Shown here piece by piece: positions 55,045-64,000 of a DNA stretch of 64,000 nucleotides (position 1 is its first letter; each line of letters opens with the position of its first letter). The notes below the pieces were generated by a model. It had not been told where the DNA came from. It saw only the letters and a program-made list of their open reading frames with translations, and made no database searches. Where the stretch lies: the NCBI GenBank assembly GCA_963766735.1, contig CAVYBU010000004.1, positions 160,001 to 224,000 on the forward strand, read 5' to 3'. Position numbers and translations under genes: made by a program. This DNA is from an uncultured Chloroflexia bacterium. Lineage in GTDB: Bacteria > Chloroflexota > Limnocylindria > Limnocylindrales > CSP1-4.

Positions 55045-55146
55045 ACGCGAGAGGATACCAAAGGCGGCGCGACGGGCGGGTAGCGGGCGCGGCGCGGCGG
55101 GCAGGGTGGACCTGGCTCGGCCCCGCGAACGCCATCGCCCGGACGG

Positions 55147-55599
55147 TCAGGCGCCGGTTGCGGCGACGTCGACCGCGCCCAGCAGCTCCTCCGCCTCGTC
55201 CCGGCAGATCCCGGAGACCACGGCAAGCGGGCGGCCGAGCTGGGGGTGCTGCGCCAGCTGGATGACTGATCCGGCCGCGCCGTCGAACGGGTTCGGCACC
55301 GCGAAGACCAGCGCCGCCGCGTCGCACCCGAGCATCGCTCCCACGCACATGGGACATGGCTCGATCGTGGTGAAGATCGTGACGTCCGTGAGGCGCGGTG
55401 TGCCGAGCTTGCGGGCCGCGTCCCGCAGCACTGCGATCACCGCATGTGCAGTGGGATCATCCGTCTCGGCAACCCGGTTCGAACCGCGGGCGACCATCGC
55501 GTCGTTCATGACGGCAATGGCGCCGACGGCCGGGGCCCCCCGTGCCAGGGCCACCCGAGCCTCTGCGAGCGCCTCGCCCATGAACAGCTCGTAGTTCAT
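55147..55599 (-). CDS. tadA: TadA-like tRNA adenosine deaminase homologue lacking the catalytic Glu
   Basis: FMGEAL, VGA, DPTAHAV, TIEPCPMCVGA; position beside tRNA-Ser/ffs/dnaX. Confidence 0.85.
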   Translation of the reverse strand: MNYELFMGEALAEARVALARGAPAVGAIAVMNDAMVARGSNRVAETDDPTAHAVIAVLRDAARKLGTPRLTDVTIFTTIEPCPMCVGAMLGCDAAALVFAVPNPFDGAAGSVIQLAQHPQLGRPLAVVSGICRDEAEELLGAVDVAATGA

Positions 55600-55755
55600 G
55601 TGTCGGATCATAGCGACCGGGGTGGGCGGTAGGATGGTGAGGACACGCGTCGGGATCCCCGGCGCCCACCGCGTCGGACGCCAGCCGGAGCCCAGCCCGC
55701 GGCCGACAGAGTGAACCTCCCCCGGCCCACGGCCGGTGACATCAGCGGAGCCCCG

Positions 55756-56946
55756 ATGGCAGCAGCTCGACGAATCGGCATCCTCACCGGCGGCGGCGAC
55801 GTTCCCGGCCTCAACTCGGTCATCAAGAGCGTCGTCTACCGAGCGACGGAGCTCGGCTACGAGGTCATCGGTATCCGTCGTGGCTGGGAGGGCCTGACCC
55901 ACCAGCGACGGACCCTCGACCTTGATCCGGAATACGCCCGCGTGCTCAACCGGATCAACACCCGCACGATCGACCGGACCGGCGGCACCATCCTCCACAG
56001 CTCGCGGACGAACCCGCGCAAGGTGAGGACTGCGTCGCTCCCATCCTGGCTGGACGCGAAGTCGGTCGCGGACAAGCAGACCGCCGAGGGTATCTACGAC
56101 CTGACGGACCACGTCCTCGACACCATCTCTCACCTGGGCCTCACCCATCTCGTGACGATCGGTGGCGACGACACCCTGTCCTTCTCGTCCGTCCTGTACG
56201 AGCGCGGCCTGTCCCTGGTCGCCATTCCCAAGACGATGGACAACGACGTCAATGGAACCGAGTACTGCATCGGCTTCTCGTCCGCGATCACCCGCGCCAA
56301 GGAGGTCCTCAACCGCCAGAGGACGACGCTGGGCAGCCACGAGCGGATCGGCGTGTTCCGCATCTTCGGCCGCGACGCCGGTTTCACCGCCCTGTACACG
56401 GCGTACGTCACATCCACGCGCTGCGTGATCCCCGAATTCCCCTATGACCTCGACGCGCTCGCTGAGATCCTCAAGGATGACCACCGCAACAACCCCAGCC
56501 GCTACGCGGTGGTGATCACGGCCGAGGGCGCCATCTGGAAGGGCGCGCAGATCGCCGACGTCGGCGATGAGGACGCGTTCGGCCACCGGCACAAGGCCAA
56601 CATCGGCGAGGTGCTGGCTGACGAGATCAAGGCCCGCACGGGGATCGAGGCGGTGGCTTCGGAGCTGACCTACGACCTCCGCTCCGGCGAGCCGGACATG
56701 CTGGACTCGATGGTGGCGTCGACCTTCGCCAACATCGCGATGGACCTGCTGCGCGACGGCACGGCGGGGCGCATGGCCGCCATCAGGGACGGCAAGTATT
56801 CACACGTGTCCTTGGCCGAGACCGCGAAACCGCCGCAGCGTGTCCAGCTGCACGCCTACGACACGGAGCGGTTCCGCCCCAAGTACGGCGACCGCCTGGG
56901 GGACCCGCTCCTGCTGACCCCGGCCCTGGGGGCCGCAGAGGACTGA
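55756..56946 (+). CDS. 6-phosphofructokinase, PPi-dependent signature
   Basis: ILTGGGDVPGLN, TIGGDDT, IPKTMDND. Confidence 0.9.
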   Translation: MAAARRIGILTGGGDVPGLNSVIKSVVYRATELGYEVIGIRRGWEGLTHQRRTLDLDPEYARVLNRINTRTIDRTGGTILHSSRTNPRKVRTASLPSWLDAKSVADKQTAEGIYDLTDHVLDTISHLGLTHLVTIGGDDTLSFSSVLYERGLSLVAIPKTMDNDVNGTEYCIGFSSAITRAKEVLNRQRTTLGSHERIGVFRIFGRDAGFTALYTAYVTSTRCVIPEFPYDLDALAEILKDDHRNNPSRYAVVITAEGAIWKGAQIADVGDEDAFGHRHKANIGEVLADEIKARTGIEAVASELTYDLRSGEPDMLDSMVASTFANIAMDLLRDGTAGRMAAIRDGKYSHVSLAETAKPPQRVQLHAYDTERFRPKYGDRLGDPLLLTPALGAAED

Positions 56947-57011
56947 CCCATCCGCCCCGCGGCAGCGGGGCCCCGCCATTCCGACGGGCCGCCGCCAGGC
57001 GGCCCGTTCCG

Positions 57012-57893
57012 CTACCCGTCGAGGCCCGACAGGCTCCGGATGGCGCGCGCGAGGTTGGACATGTCCTCGTCGCCGTAGCCGCGTGCGACGAGCCCCGCCT
57101 CCAGCTGGGCCGCCAGCGATGACACGGGCAGCGTCGCCCCGACGGATCGGGCGAGCTCGAGGGCGATCGCCAGGTCCTTGAGGTGGAGTGACGTCCGGAA
57201 GCCGAGCGGGTAGTCGTTCGCGATCATCTTGCCGCTGCGGTTCTCGAGGATCCAGCTCCTGGCGACACCGCCGCCGAGGGCCGTCGCCACCACCTCGGGG
57301 TCGAGGCCCGCCTTCATCGCGAGGACCATGCCCTCGGCCACCCCGAGGTAGATCCCGGCGATCACGACCTGGTTGACGGCCTTGACTGCCTGGCCGCTGC
57401 CGGCCGGCCCGAACCGGGTGATCGTCTTGCCCATGGCAGCGAGGACGGGCTGGGCCCGCTCCACCGCTGACTCGTCACCCCCGACGAAGATCGTGAGCGT
57501 CCCGAGCTTCGCTCCCTCGGAGCCACCCGACACCGGGGCGTCCACGAAGGCGATACCTGCGTCCGCGAGGCGGGTGGCGAAGGTCCGGGTGGCGGCCGGC
57601 GAGATGGTGGAGCAATCGATGACGAGGCCGCCCGGGGCGAGGCCCGAGGCGATGCCGTCAGCGCCAAAGAGCACCGCCTCTACATCGGGCGTATCCGACA
57701 CGCAGACGACGACGACATCCGAGGCACGGCCGGCTTCCGCAGGCGTGGCGGCCTCCGTGACGCCCAGGTCCAGGAGCGCCGTCGCCCGACCGGGGGTCCG
57801 GTTCCACGCCGTGACCTCGAAGCCCGCCCGGCGCACGTTCGCGGCCATCGCCGCACCCATCGTGCCCAGGCCCACGAACCCGATATGGTCCAC
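57012..57893 (-). CDS. NAD(P)-dependent beta-hydroxyacid dehydrogenase (GarR/MmsB family)
   Basis: GFVGLGTMG, DAPVSGG, GQAVKAVNQ, KDL. Confidence 0.92.
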   Translation of the reverse strand: MDHIGFVGLGTMGAAMAANVRRAGFEVTAWNRTPGRATALLDLGVTEAATPAEAGRASDVVVVCVSDTPDVEAVLFGADGIASGLAPGGLVIDCSTISPAATRTFATRLADAGIAFVDAPVSGGSEGAKLGTLTIFVGGDESAVERAQPVLAAMGKTITRFGPAGSGQAVKAVNQVVIAGIYLGVAEGMVLAMKAGLDPEVVATALGGGVARSWILENRSGKMIANDYPLGFRTSLHLKDLAIALELARSVGATLPVSSLAAQLEAGLVARGYGDEDMSNLARAIRSLSGLDG

Positions 57894-58041
57894 GACAACA
57901 GCTCCTCCTGCGAAGCTCCGAGGGTAGCGGGTTTGGAGGCGCGCTCGCCGCCCGCGGCGTCGAGGGCCAGATTCGGGGAGGATCAGGCGGAGATCGCGGC
58001 GTCCGCGACCGGGCTCACGGCCGCGGGGGAGTCACCGGCGA

Positions 58042-59376
58042 TCACGCACCGGGCGCGGCGCCGGCAGGTGATGATCCCGCGGGCGACGACCCGGCAGGTG
58101 GCCGATCCGTCCTGGCGCCCGACTCCGGCACCGGCAGGACCGGGGGCGTGAGGGCAAGCGGCTCCTCCCGCAGGGCCGGCAGCACGACGCGGTCCACGAA
58201 CCGCTCGGTGCTGTGGCCGTCGGCGACCTCGAAGGACTCGCGGGCAAAGGCACTAGCTCGCTCGACATCGAAGGACCCGGCCTTCACGTAGGCGGCGAGC
58301 TCGGCGGTCGTCTCGAACACCGGGCCCGGCACGCCACTCCGAAAGTCGAAGTAGAAGCCGCGCTCGTGCTCATACGCGTCGGAGTCCGGGGCGAGGAAGG
58401 CCATCGGGCGCTGCAGGAGTGCAAATTCGAAGATGGCACTCGAGTAGTCCGTGACCATGAGGTCCGCCACGAACATCAGCTCGTTCATGTCCGACCAGTC
58501 CGAGACGTCGATGGCGAAGCCGGACGTCGCCTCGGTCAGGGTGAGTTCGGTCCTGACGAAGGGGTGGAGTCGCATGAGCAGGACCCACTCGTCCGCCAGG
58601 GCGGCATGCATGACGGCGATGTCCAGCGAGTCGTCATAGCGCGCGGAGTGGACGGTGTCGCCGCGGAACGTGGGCGCGTAGAGCAGCACCTTGCGATCCG
58701 CGGGGATCGCATACCGGCTTCGGATGGCCGCGATCGCCTGCGCCTTGTGCGCCTCGTCGAAGAACAAGTCCGTGCGGGGATAGCCGAGCTCCGTCACGAA
58801 ACGCTCCAGCGGCTGACGGTAGGCCTCGATGTAGTGGACGGTCGCCTTGCCCGATGGCATGAGGCACACGTCGTAGTTGGAGTGGATCGGGACGCGCCTC
58901 ACCAGGTCCTCGTCGGCACCGAACCCCTTGTCAAGGACGCTGTAGCCGATCTTCTTGAAGGCGCCGGCCGCGTGCCATGTCTGCACCCGGATCGTGCCCG
59001 GCCGGGGCGTGATGACATACATGGGAAAGAAGTAGTCATCGACCACCAAGACCCGGCTGGTGGCCAGCGCGTAGCCAGACCGGTAGAGGTTGCGGAGAGA
59101 TCGAATCCGACGCCGCACGCTGCCGCCGGTGATCCGGTAGGCAAGCACGCGTACGGGGATCTGCGGCGTGCGACTCGCCAGCTCCTTCTCGATGTACACG
59201 AGGTTCCCGCTGAGTGTCGAGGTGCGCTGGCTTGCCAGCACGACGACCGGCCGGATGGGCATGAGGCGGCCCACAGCGAACCCGAGACGGACCGCCCAGA
59301 TGCGCACCGTCAGGGAGCCGAGGACCTTCCGCGGCCGCAGCCATCGGCGTCGCTCAGTGGGATCGGACACGGACAC
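58042..59376 (-). CDS. CDP-glycerol/ribitol phosphotransferase (TagB/TagF/TarL family)
   Basis: VQTWHAAGAFKK, GYPRTD, LYAPTFR, RLHP, TDYSS; GTG start after GAGGAG. Confidence 0.92.
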   Translation of the reverse strand: MSVSDPTERRRWLRPRKVLGSLTVRIWAVRLGFAVGRLMPIRPVVVLASQRTSTLSGNLVYIEKELASRTPQIPVRVLAYRITGGSVRRRIRSLRNLYRSGYALATSRVLVVDDYFFPMYVITPRPGTIRVQTWHAAGAFKKIGYSVLDKGFGADEDLVRRVPIHSNYDVCLMPSGKATVHYIEAYRQPLERFVTELGYPRTDLFFDEAHKAQAIAAIRSRYAIPADRKVLLYAPTFRGDTVHSARYDDSLDIAVMHAALADEWVLLMRLHPFVRTELTLTEATSGFAIDVSDWSDMNELMFVADLMVTDYSSAIFEFALLQRPMAFLAPDSDAYEHERGFYFDFRSGVPGPVFETTAELAAYVKAGSFDVERASAFARESFEVADGHSTERFVDRVVLPALREEPLALTPPVLPVPESGARTDRPPAGSSPAGSSPAGAAPGA

Positions 59377-59570
59377 GAATCGGGGCTCCTCGGGCGTGGT
59401 CGTCTGCGATGATAGTGCCACCGGGGGTGGCGGGTCCCGCGCGGCCGCCGCCGCGTTCTCCGCCAGAGATCGGGCACACTGTCGCGAACGCGACCGATCA
59501 AGGCAGACGACCCGCGACCGACGCCAGGGGTCGGACCGGGAGCGATCGGAGTGTATGGCCGGGAGGGGCA

Positions 59571-60257
59571 ATGACAACCGGGATGGTGGTGCTCGCAGGT
59601 GGCATCGGACGGCGGATCGGACGGCCGGTGCCGAAGCAGTTCCTGCTCCTCGGCGGCAAGCCTCTCCTCATCCACGTCCTGGAGAAGGCGCGGGCGATTC
59701 CCGAGATCGAGCGCGTGGTGATCGCCTGCCCGGCCGACCACCTCGACGCGACGCGGGAGCTCGTGGAGAACCATCGCATGGGGGCCAAGTTCAGCTGCGT
59801 CGTGGGCGGGGTGTCGCGCCAGGAGTCGTGCTACCTCGGCCTCTTGGCGCTGGGCGACGTCGACTCGGTAATCATCCATGAGGCAGTTCGACCGCTGGTG
59901 AGCGTGGACGACTTCCGGCGGCTGATGGACGCCGAGGACGCGAACGCCATGTTCGGCAGCCCGATCCCGTTCACTGTCCTCAAGGGTCACGACTACATCG
60001 AGAGCCTGCTGGAGCGGGATGAACTCGTGAACGTCCAGCTCCCCCAGAAGTTCGACCGGGTCCGGCTGCTGGCGGCGCACGAGGCCGCCCGCGCCGACGG
60101 CCGCGACTTCACGGAGGATGCAAGCCTGTTCTTCGTGTACGCGCATGAGCCGGTCCGGATCCTCCCGGGCATGGACCACAACATCAAGATCACGGTCCCC
60201 ACGGACACGGTGACGGCCGAGGCGATCTACGCCGACATCATCGGTCGGCGGTCCTGA
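59571..60257 (+). CDS. IspD/TarI family cytidylyltransferase (probably ribitol-5-phosphate)
   Basis: LAGGIGRR..PKQF, SRQES, IHEAVRP, NIKIT; GGAGG RBS. Confidence 0.88.
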   Translation: MTTGMVVLAGGIGRRIGRPVPKQFLLLGGKPLLIHVLEKARAIPEIERVVIACPADHLDATRELVENHRMGAKFSCVVGGVSRQESCYLGLLALGDVDSVIIHEAVRPLVSVDDFRRLMDAEDANAMFGSPIPFTVLKGHDYIESLLERDELVNVQLPQKFDRVRLLAAHEAARADGRDFTEDASLFFVYAHEPVRILPGMDHNIKITVPTDTVTAEAIYADIIGRRS

Positions 60258-60259
60258 GC

Positions 60260-60964
60260 ATGGGCAAGGTCTGCGTCATAACCGGGGCGAGCCAGGGAAT
60301 TGGGCGCGCGGCCGCGGTCGAGATGAGCCGTCGCACCGATGTCGAGGTCATCGTCCTGGTGGCCCGCAGCGCGAGCGGGATCGCCGAGACGGCCGCGGCC
60401 ATGAGCCATGAGGGCAAGGTCATCCGCCGGCTGCCCTACGACCTGGGAGACCTCGACGGCGTCCCGTCGCTCGTGGAGGGCATCTGCGGGGAGTTCGGCG
60501 GGATCGACCTGCTGCTCAACATCGCGGGCTACGCAGAGCCCAAGTCGCTGCTCGACACGACGGCGAGCAACCTCGTTACGACCTTCACGATCAACGTCTT
60601 CGCGATGCTGGTGCTGATCCGGGAGATGGTCCGCTTCAATCAGGGCCGACCAGCCAAGATCCTCAACGTCGCCTCCACCGCGGGCATCACCGCCCGGCCC
60701 GGCTGGGTAGCCTACGCGGCGTCCAAGGCAGCCGTGGTCTCGCTCGGCGCGACGCTGGCCGAGGAGCTCGCCGGATCCGGCATCAAGGTGTACACGATCT
60801 CCCCGGGACGCACGGCAACCGAGCTGCGGCGGACGCTAGCGCCCGACGAGGACCCCTCCACGATCATGCAGCCGACGCAGGTCGCCCGGGTCATCCGGAC
60901 CCTGATGAGCGACGACGAGCTCACCCTGGACGGTCAGAACATCATCGTCCGCCAGCAGATGTGA
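60260..60964 (+). CDS. SDR oxidoreductase (probable ribulose-5-phosphate reductase)
   Basis: TGASQGIG, YAASK, PGRTATELR; adjacent to the TarI-like gene. Confidence 0.85.
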   Translation: MGKVCVITGASQGIGRAAAVEMSRRTDVEVIVLVARSASGIAETAAAMSHEGKVIRRLPYDLGDLDGVPSLVEGICGEFGGIDLLLNIAGYAEPKSLLDTTASNLVTTFTINVFAMLVLIREMVRFNQGRPAKILNVASTAGITARPGWVAYAASKAAVVSLGATLAEELAGSGIKVYTISPGRTATELRRTLAPDEDPSTIMQPTQVARVIRTLMSDDELTLDGQNIIVRQQM

Positions 60965-60971
60965 CCGGGGG

Positions 60972-62108
60972 ATGACCCGCCGGGAGTACTTGCTGGCTGC
61001 CGAGGTGTTGCGCGTCCTGGGATGGCTGTTCTCCTTCCTGCCGCTGGATCGCAGCCGCGTGGTCCTCGCGACGGCCCGCTATCCGGTCCTCGAGGGGAAT
61101 CTGCTGGCACTCGACAGGGCAATCCGCCGGCTGCGCCCGGACGTGCGGATCGTCCGCCTCCTTGAACCGTATGCATACGAGCTCGGTGGCAAGGTGCGCT
61201 ACCTCCTGCGGCTGGTGCGCGGGATGTACCACCTGCGCACCGCCGGGCTGGTAGTGGTGGACAACGCCTGGCTGCCCGTGCATGTGTCACCGCACCGGCA
61301 GGGCACGACGGTCGTCCAGGTCTGGCACGCGGCCGGAGCGCTCAAGCGGTTTGGGCTGGACGCCACCGTGCCGATGGCGGAGCCCGAGGCGGCGTTCATC
61401 CACCGCTACTACGACTACGCGATCGCCTCGGGCGAGGCCGGACGAGGCCCCTGGTCCCGCGCACTCCGGACGCCGCTCGAGCGCGTGCTCCCGCTGGGCA
61501 CGCCGAGGACCGACGAACTCTTCGATGGGGAGGCGCTCGAGGCCGCACGGACCCGTCTGCTCGCCGCCTACCCGGCGCTGGCGGGCCGGCGGATCGCCCT
61601 CTACGCTCCGACGTTCCGCGGTCGGGGGCGGGCGAAGACAGGCACGGCCGCGCTGGACGGCAGGCGGCTCCGCGAACGCCTCCCGGCCGAGTGGGCGCTC
61701 GTGGCCAAGACCCATCCGAACCTGGACCCGGCCACCCAGCCGCTGCCCGGGTTCGACGTGGTGGCCGACCCGGGTTCGGACATGAACGCCTGGCTCGCGC
61801 TGGCCGACGTCCTCGTGACCGACTACTCGTCGGCCATCTTCGAGTGGGCCCTGCTCCGGCGGCCGCTGGTCCTGCTAGTCGACGATCTTGAGGCCTACGA
61901 GAGGGATCCGGGCCTCTATCTCGACTATCGGACCCAGATGATCGGAGACGTGGTGCGCGACACGGACGCCGTGGCTGACGCCATCCTGGCCGGGCGCGTG
62001 GACGCCGCCGCATGGGACGCGTTCATCCGTGACAATCTGGGTGCCTGCGACGGGATGGCGAGTGAACGCTTCGTGGAGCGCTTCCTGCCGGCCCGACCAC
62101 CTCGATGA
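60972..62108 (+). CDS. CDP-glycerol/ribitol phosphotransferase (TagB/TagF family)
   Basis: VQVWHAAGALKRFG, GTPRTD, LYAPTFR, KTHP, TDYSS. Confidence 0.92.
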   Translation: MTRREYLLAAEVLRVLGWLFSFLPLDRSRVVLATARYPVLEGNLLALDRAIRRLRPDVRIVRLLEPYAYELGGKVRYLLRLVRGMYHLRTAGLVVVDNAWLPVHVSPHRQGTTVVQVWHAAGALKRFGLDATVPMAEPEAAFIHRYYDYAIASGEAGRGPWSRALRTPLERVLPLGTPRTDELFDGEALEAARTRLLAAYPALAGRRIALYAPTFRGRGRAKTGTAALDGRRLRERLPAEWALVAKTHPNLDPATQPLPGFDVVADPGSDMNAWLALADVLVTDYSSAIFEWALLRRPLVLLVDDLEAYERDPGLYLDYRTQMIGDVVRDTDAVADAILAGRVDAAAWDAFIRDNLGACDGMASERFVERFLPARPPR

Positions 62109-62983
62109 CCGCCGGGGGAACGTCCATGACCCGCCACGAGCTCCTGGCCGCGCTTCATCGCCTGCTCCGCCCGCGAACCTACCTGGAGATCGGCGTGAAT
62201 GACGGTCGCAGCCTCGCGCTGGCATCGGTGCCTTCTATCGGGGTGGATCCGGCGTACCGGATCCGAGTCCGGCTCCACCAGGACGCCCATCTCGCGAAGT
62301 CGACCAGTGACGCGTTCTTCGCCCGGCGCGACCCACTGGCGCCCCTCCGGCCCGGGCCCCGGCGTCGCGGCCTGCGGCGCCGCCTGGCGCGCCTCATCGT
62401 GCGCCTCCGCCGGGACCCCTCACCCACCCTGGATCTTGCCTTCATCGACGGGATGCACTGGTTCGAGTTCGCTCTGCGCGACTTCATGAACATCGAGCGC
62501 CATGCCTCGCCGGGCGCGGTGATCGTGTTCGACGACGTCCTGCCGCGCACCGTCGAGGAAGCCGGCCGCAACCGCACGACCCAGTTCTGGGCCGGTGACG
62601 TGTTCAAGGTGGCGGACGTCCTGCGCACCTACCGTCCCGACCTTGTCATCCGGCTCGTTGACACCGAGCCCACCGGCCTGCTCCTTGTGCTCAACCCCGA
62701 CCCGATGAGCACGACGCTCGCCGACCGCTACGACGAGATCATCGCGGCGACCGTCGCCCCGGATCCCCAGCTCGTGCCGTCCGCCATCCTGACCCGGCAC
62801 GACGCCGTGAACCCGGAGATCCTGCTGGCCAGTGGCGCCTGGGAGGCGCTGATCCGCGCCCGGTCCGGCACGCTATCCCGCGCCGATCTGGCGGACGAGC
62901 TCCGCCGCTACCTGCCGTCCCCGGCGAGCTCGTCCGATGCTCGCGCCGGACTGGGCGGGCCGGGTCCGATCATCGACGCCTGA
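62105..62983 (+). CDS. class I SAM-dependent methyltransferase
   Basis: YLEIGV, LAFIDGMH, VFDD. Confidence 0.85.
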   Translation: MTAGGTSMTRHELLAALHRLLRPRTYLEIGVNDGRSLALASVPSIGVDPAYRIRVRLHQDAHLAKSTSDAFFARRDPLAPLRPGPRRRGLRRRLARLIVRLRRDPSPTLDLAFIDGMHWFEFALRDFMNIERHASPGAVIVFDDVLPRTVEEAGRNRTTQFWAGDVFKVADVLRTYRPDLVIRLVDTEPTGLLLVLNPDPMSTTLADRYDEIIAATVAPDPQLVPSAILTRHDAVNPEILLASGAWEALIRARSGTLSRADLADELRRYLPSPASSSDARAGLGGPGPIIDA

Positions 62984-64000
62984 TGCCCAAGCCGGGCCTC
63001 CGGGCCTCGATCGTCATCCCGGTCTACAACCCCGGCCCGGCGATCGAACGCTGCATCGCATCCGTGCTCACGCAGACCCTGGCGACCGACGAGTACGAGG
63101 TCATCTTCGTCGACGACGGGTCCACCGACGGCACGCCGGCCGGCCTGGACGCCCTCGCCGCGGCTGACGCCCGGGTCTCGGTCATCCACACACCAAACTC
63201 GGGATGGGCCGGCCGGCCGCGCAACGTCGGGATCGATGCAGCGCGCGGGGCATACGTCCAATTCGTGGACCACGACGACGAGCTGACGCCAGAGGCGCTG
63301 GAGCGCCTCCTTGCGCTGGCAGAGAAGAACATGTCGGACATCGTGCTGGGCAAGGAGGCGAGCGACTTCCGGCCCGTTGCGGTGGGCGTGTTCCAGCGCA
63401 ATCGGGACCGCTGCACCATCGCCGATGCTCCCCTGATCCTCAACCTCACGCCGCACAAGATGTTCCGTACCGCGTTCCTCCGCGAGCACGGCCTGCGGTT
63501 CCCGGAGGGCCGGCGCCGGCTGGAGGACCAGCTGTTCGTGGTCCAGGCCTACTTCGCGGCCGACACGATCTCCATCCTGGCCGACCACGTCTGCTACCGA
63601 TACCGGGCGCGGGAGGATGGGGGCAACGCCGCGGACGTCCTGCCCGACCCGGCCGGCTACTACGCGAACGCCCACGAGGTCACGGATGTGGTGATGGCCA
63701 ACACCACGCCTGGCGAGCTGCGCGATCGACTCCTGGTCCGCTTCCTGCGCACCGAGGCGCTCGGGCGCCTGACCGACGCCCGGTTCACCGACTGCGAGCC
63801 CGACTACCGGACCGCGCTGTTCGAGGCAGCCCGGTCCTTCGCCCGCGACATCACGACCCCGGGCGCCATCGCGGCCCTCGAGACGCTCCAGGCGCTGCGC
63901 CTCCGCCTGCTCCTTGATGGCGATCTCGACGGGATGGTCCGCCTGGCCGAGCACACGACCGGGATCCTCGCGACGGCGCGGCTGGTGGACGCGAGCTGGC
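62983..64000 (+). CDS. GT2 glycosyltransferase (TarS-like), runs off window
   Basis: Own translation: MPKPGLRASIVIPVYN..FVDDGSTD..PNSGWAGRPRNVG..FVDHDD..LEDQ; absent from ORF track because no stop in window. Confidence 0.88.
   Translation, partial: MPKPGLRASIVIPVYNPGPAIERCIASVLTQTLATDEYEVIFVDDGSTDGTPAGLDALAAADARVSVIHTPNSGWAGRPRNVGIDAARGAYVQFVDHDDELTPEALERLLALAEKNMSDIVLGKEASDFRPVAVGVFQRNRDRCTIADAPLILNLTPHKMFRTAFLREHGLRFPEGRRRLEDQLFVVQAYFAADTISILADHVCYRYRAREDGGNAADVLPDPAGYYANAHEVTDVVMANTTPGELRDRLLVRFLRTEALGRLTDARFTDCEPDYRTALFEAARSFARDITTPGAIAALETLQALRLRLLLDGDLDGMVRLAEHTTGILATARLVDASW

Noticed and set aside
55600-56592. 481-aa ORF extending TadA upstream
   Set aside because: The extension is the antisense of the PFK gene; ATG at 55599 has its own -10 box

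Overview
High-GC bacterial core-genome window. The 16S rRNA has the shortened helix-39 region (CCCCTATCGTGTGTTGTATCACTCACACGAGACTGCC), and ClpC, RpoB and RpoC also look like Chloroflexota; Limnocylindria/Ellin6529-like is a guess. Positions 1-31.3 kb (minus strand) are the ribosomal superoperon: tRNA-Thr x2, tuf, rpmG, tRNA-Trp, secE, nusG, rplKAJL, rpoBC, then the str, S10, spc and start of the alpha operon. Next come rpsA-clpC-radA-PIN/TRAM-ispDF-cysS-rlmB, an Fpg/Nei gene, a Cys-motif/TM/LysM gene, a full rrn operon (16S-Ile-Ala-23S-5S) and the tadA-tRNA-Ser x2-SRP RNA-dnaX-ybaB-recR block. The window ends with a PPi-type PFK, a beta-hydroxyacid dehydrogenase and the start of a CDP-ribitol/teichoic-acid-like cluster. 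I saw no mobile element, CRISPR array or defence system. Main oddities: a syntenic TadA lacking its catalytic Glu (HAE>HAV); very large, oppositely charged disordered tails on S1 and RlmB, plus acidic tails on several other translation/transcription proteins; an ~82-nt 23S insertion at the 'actinobacterial' H54a site; substitutions at conserved antibiotic-target residues (RpoB H526S-equivalent, S12 DLPG>DLPS); two +1 frameshifts (rplR, rlmB) that may be assembly errors; and a teichoic-acid-like locus in a Chloroflexota-like genome. All calls are by eye, with no database searches.
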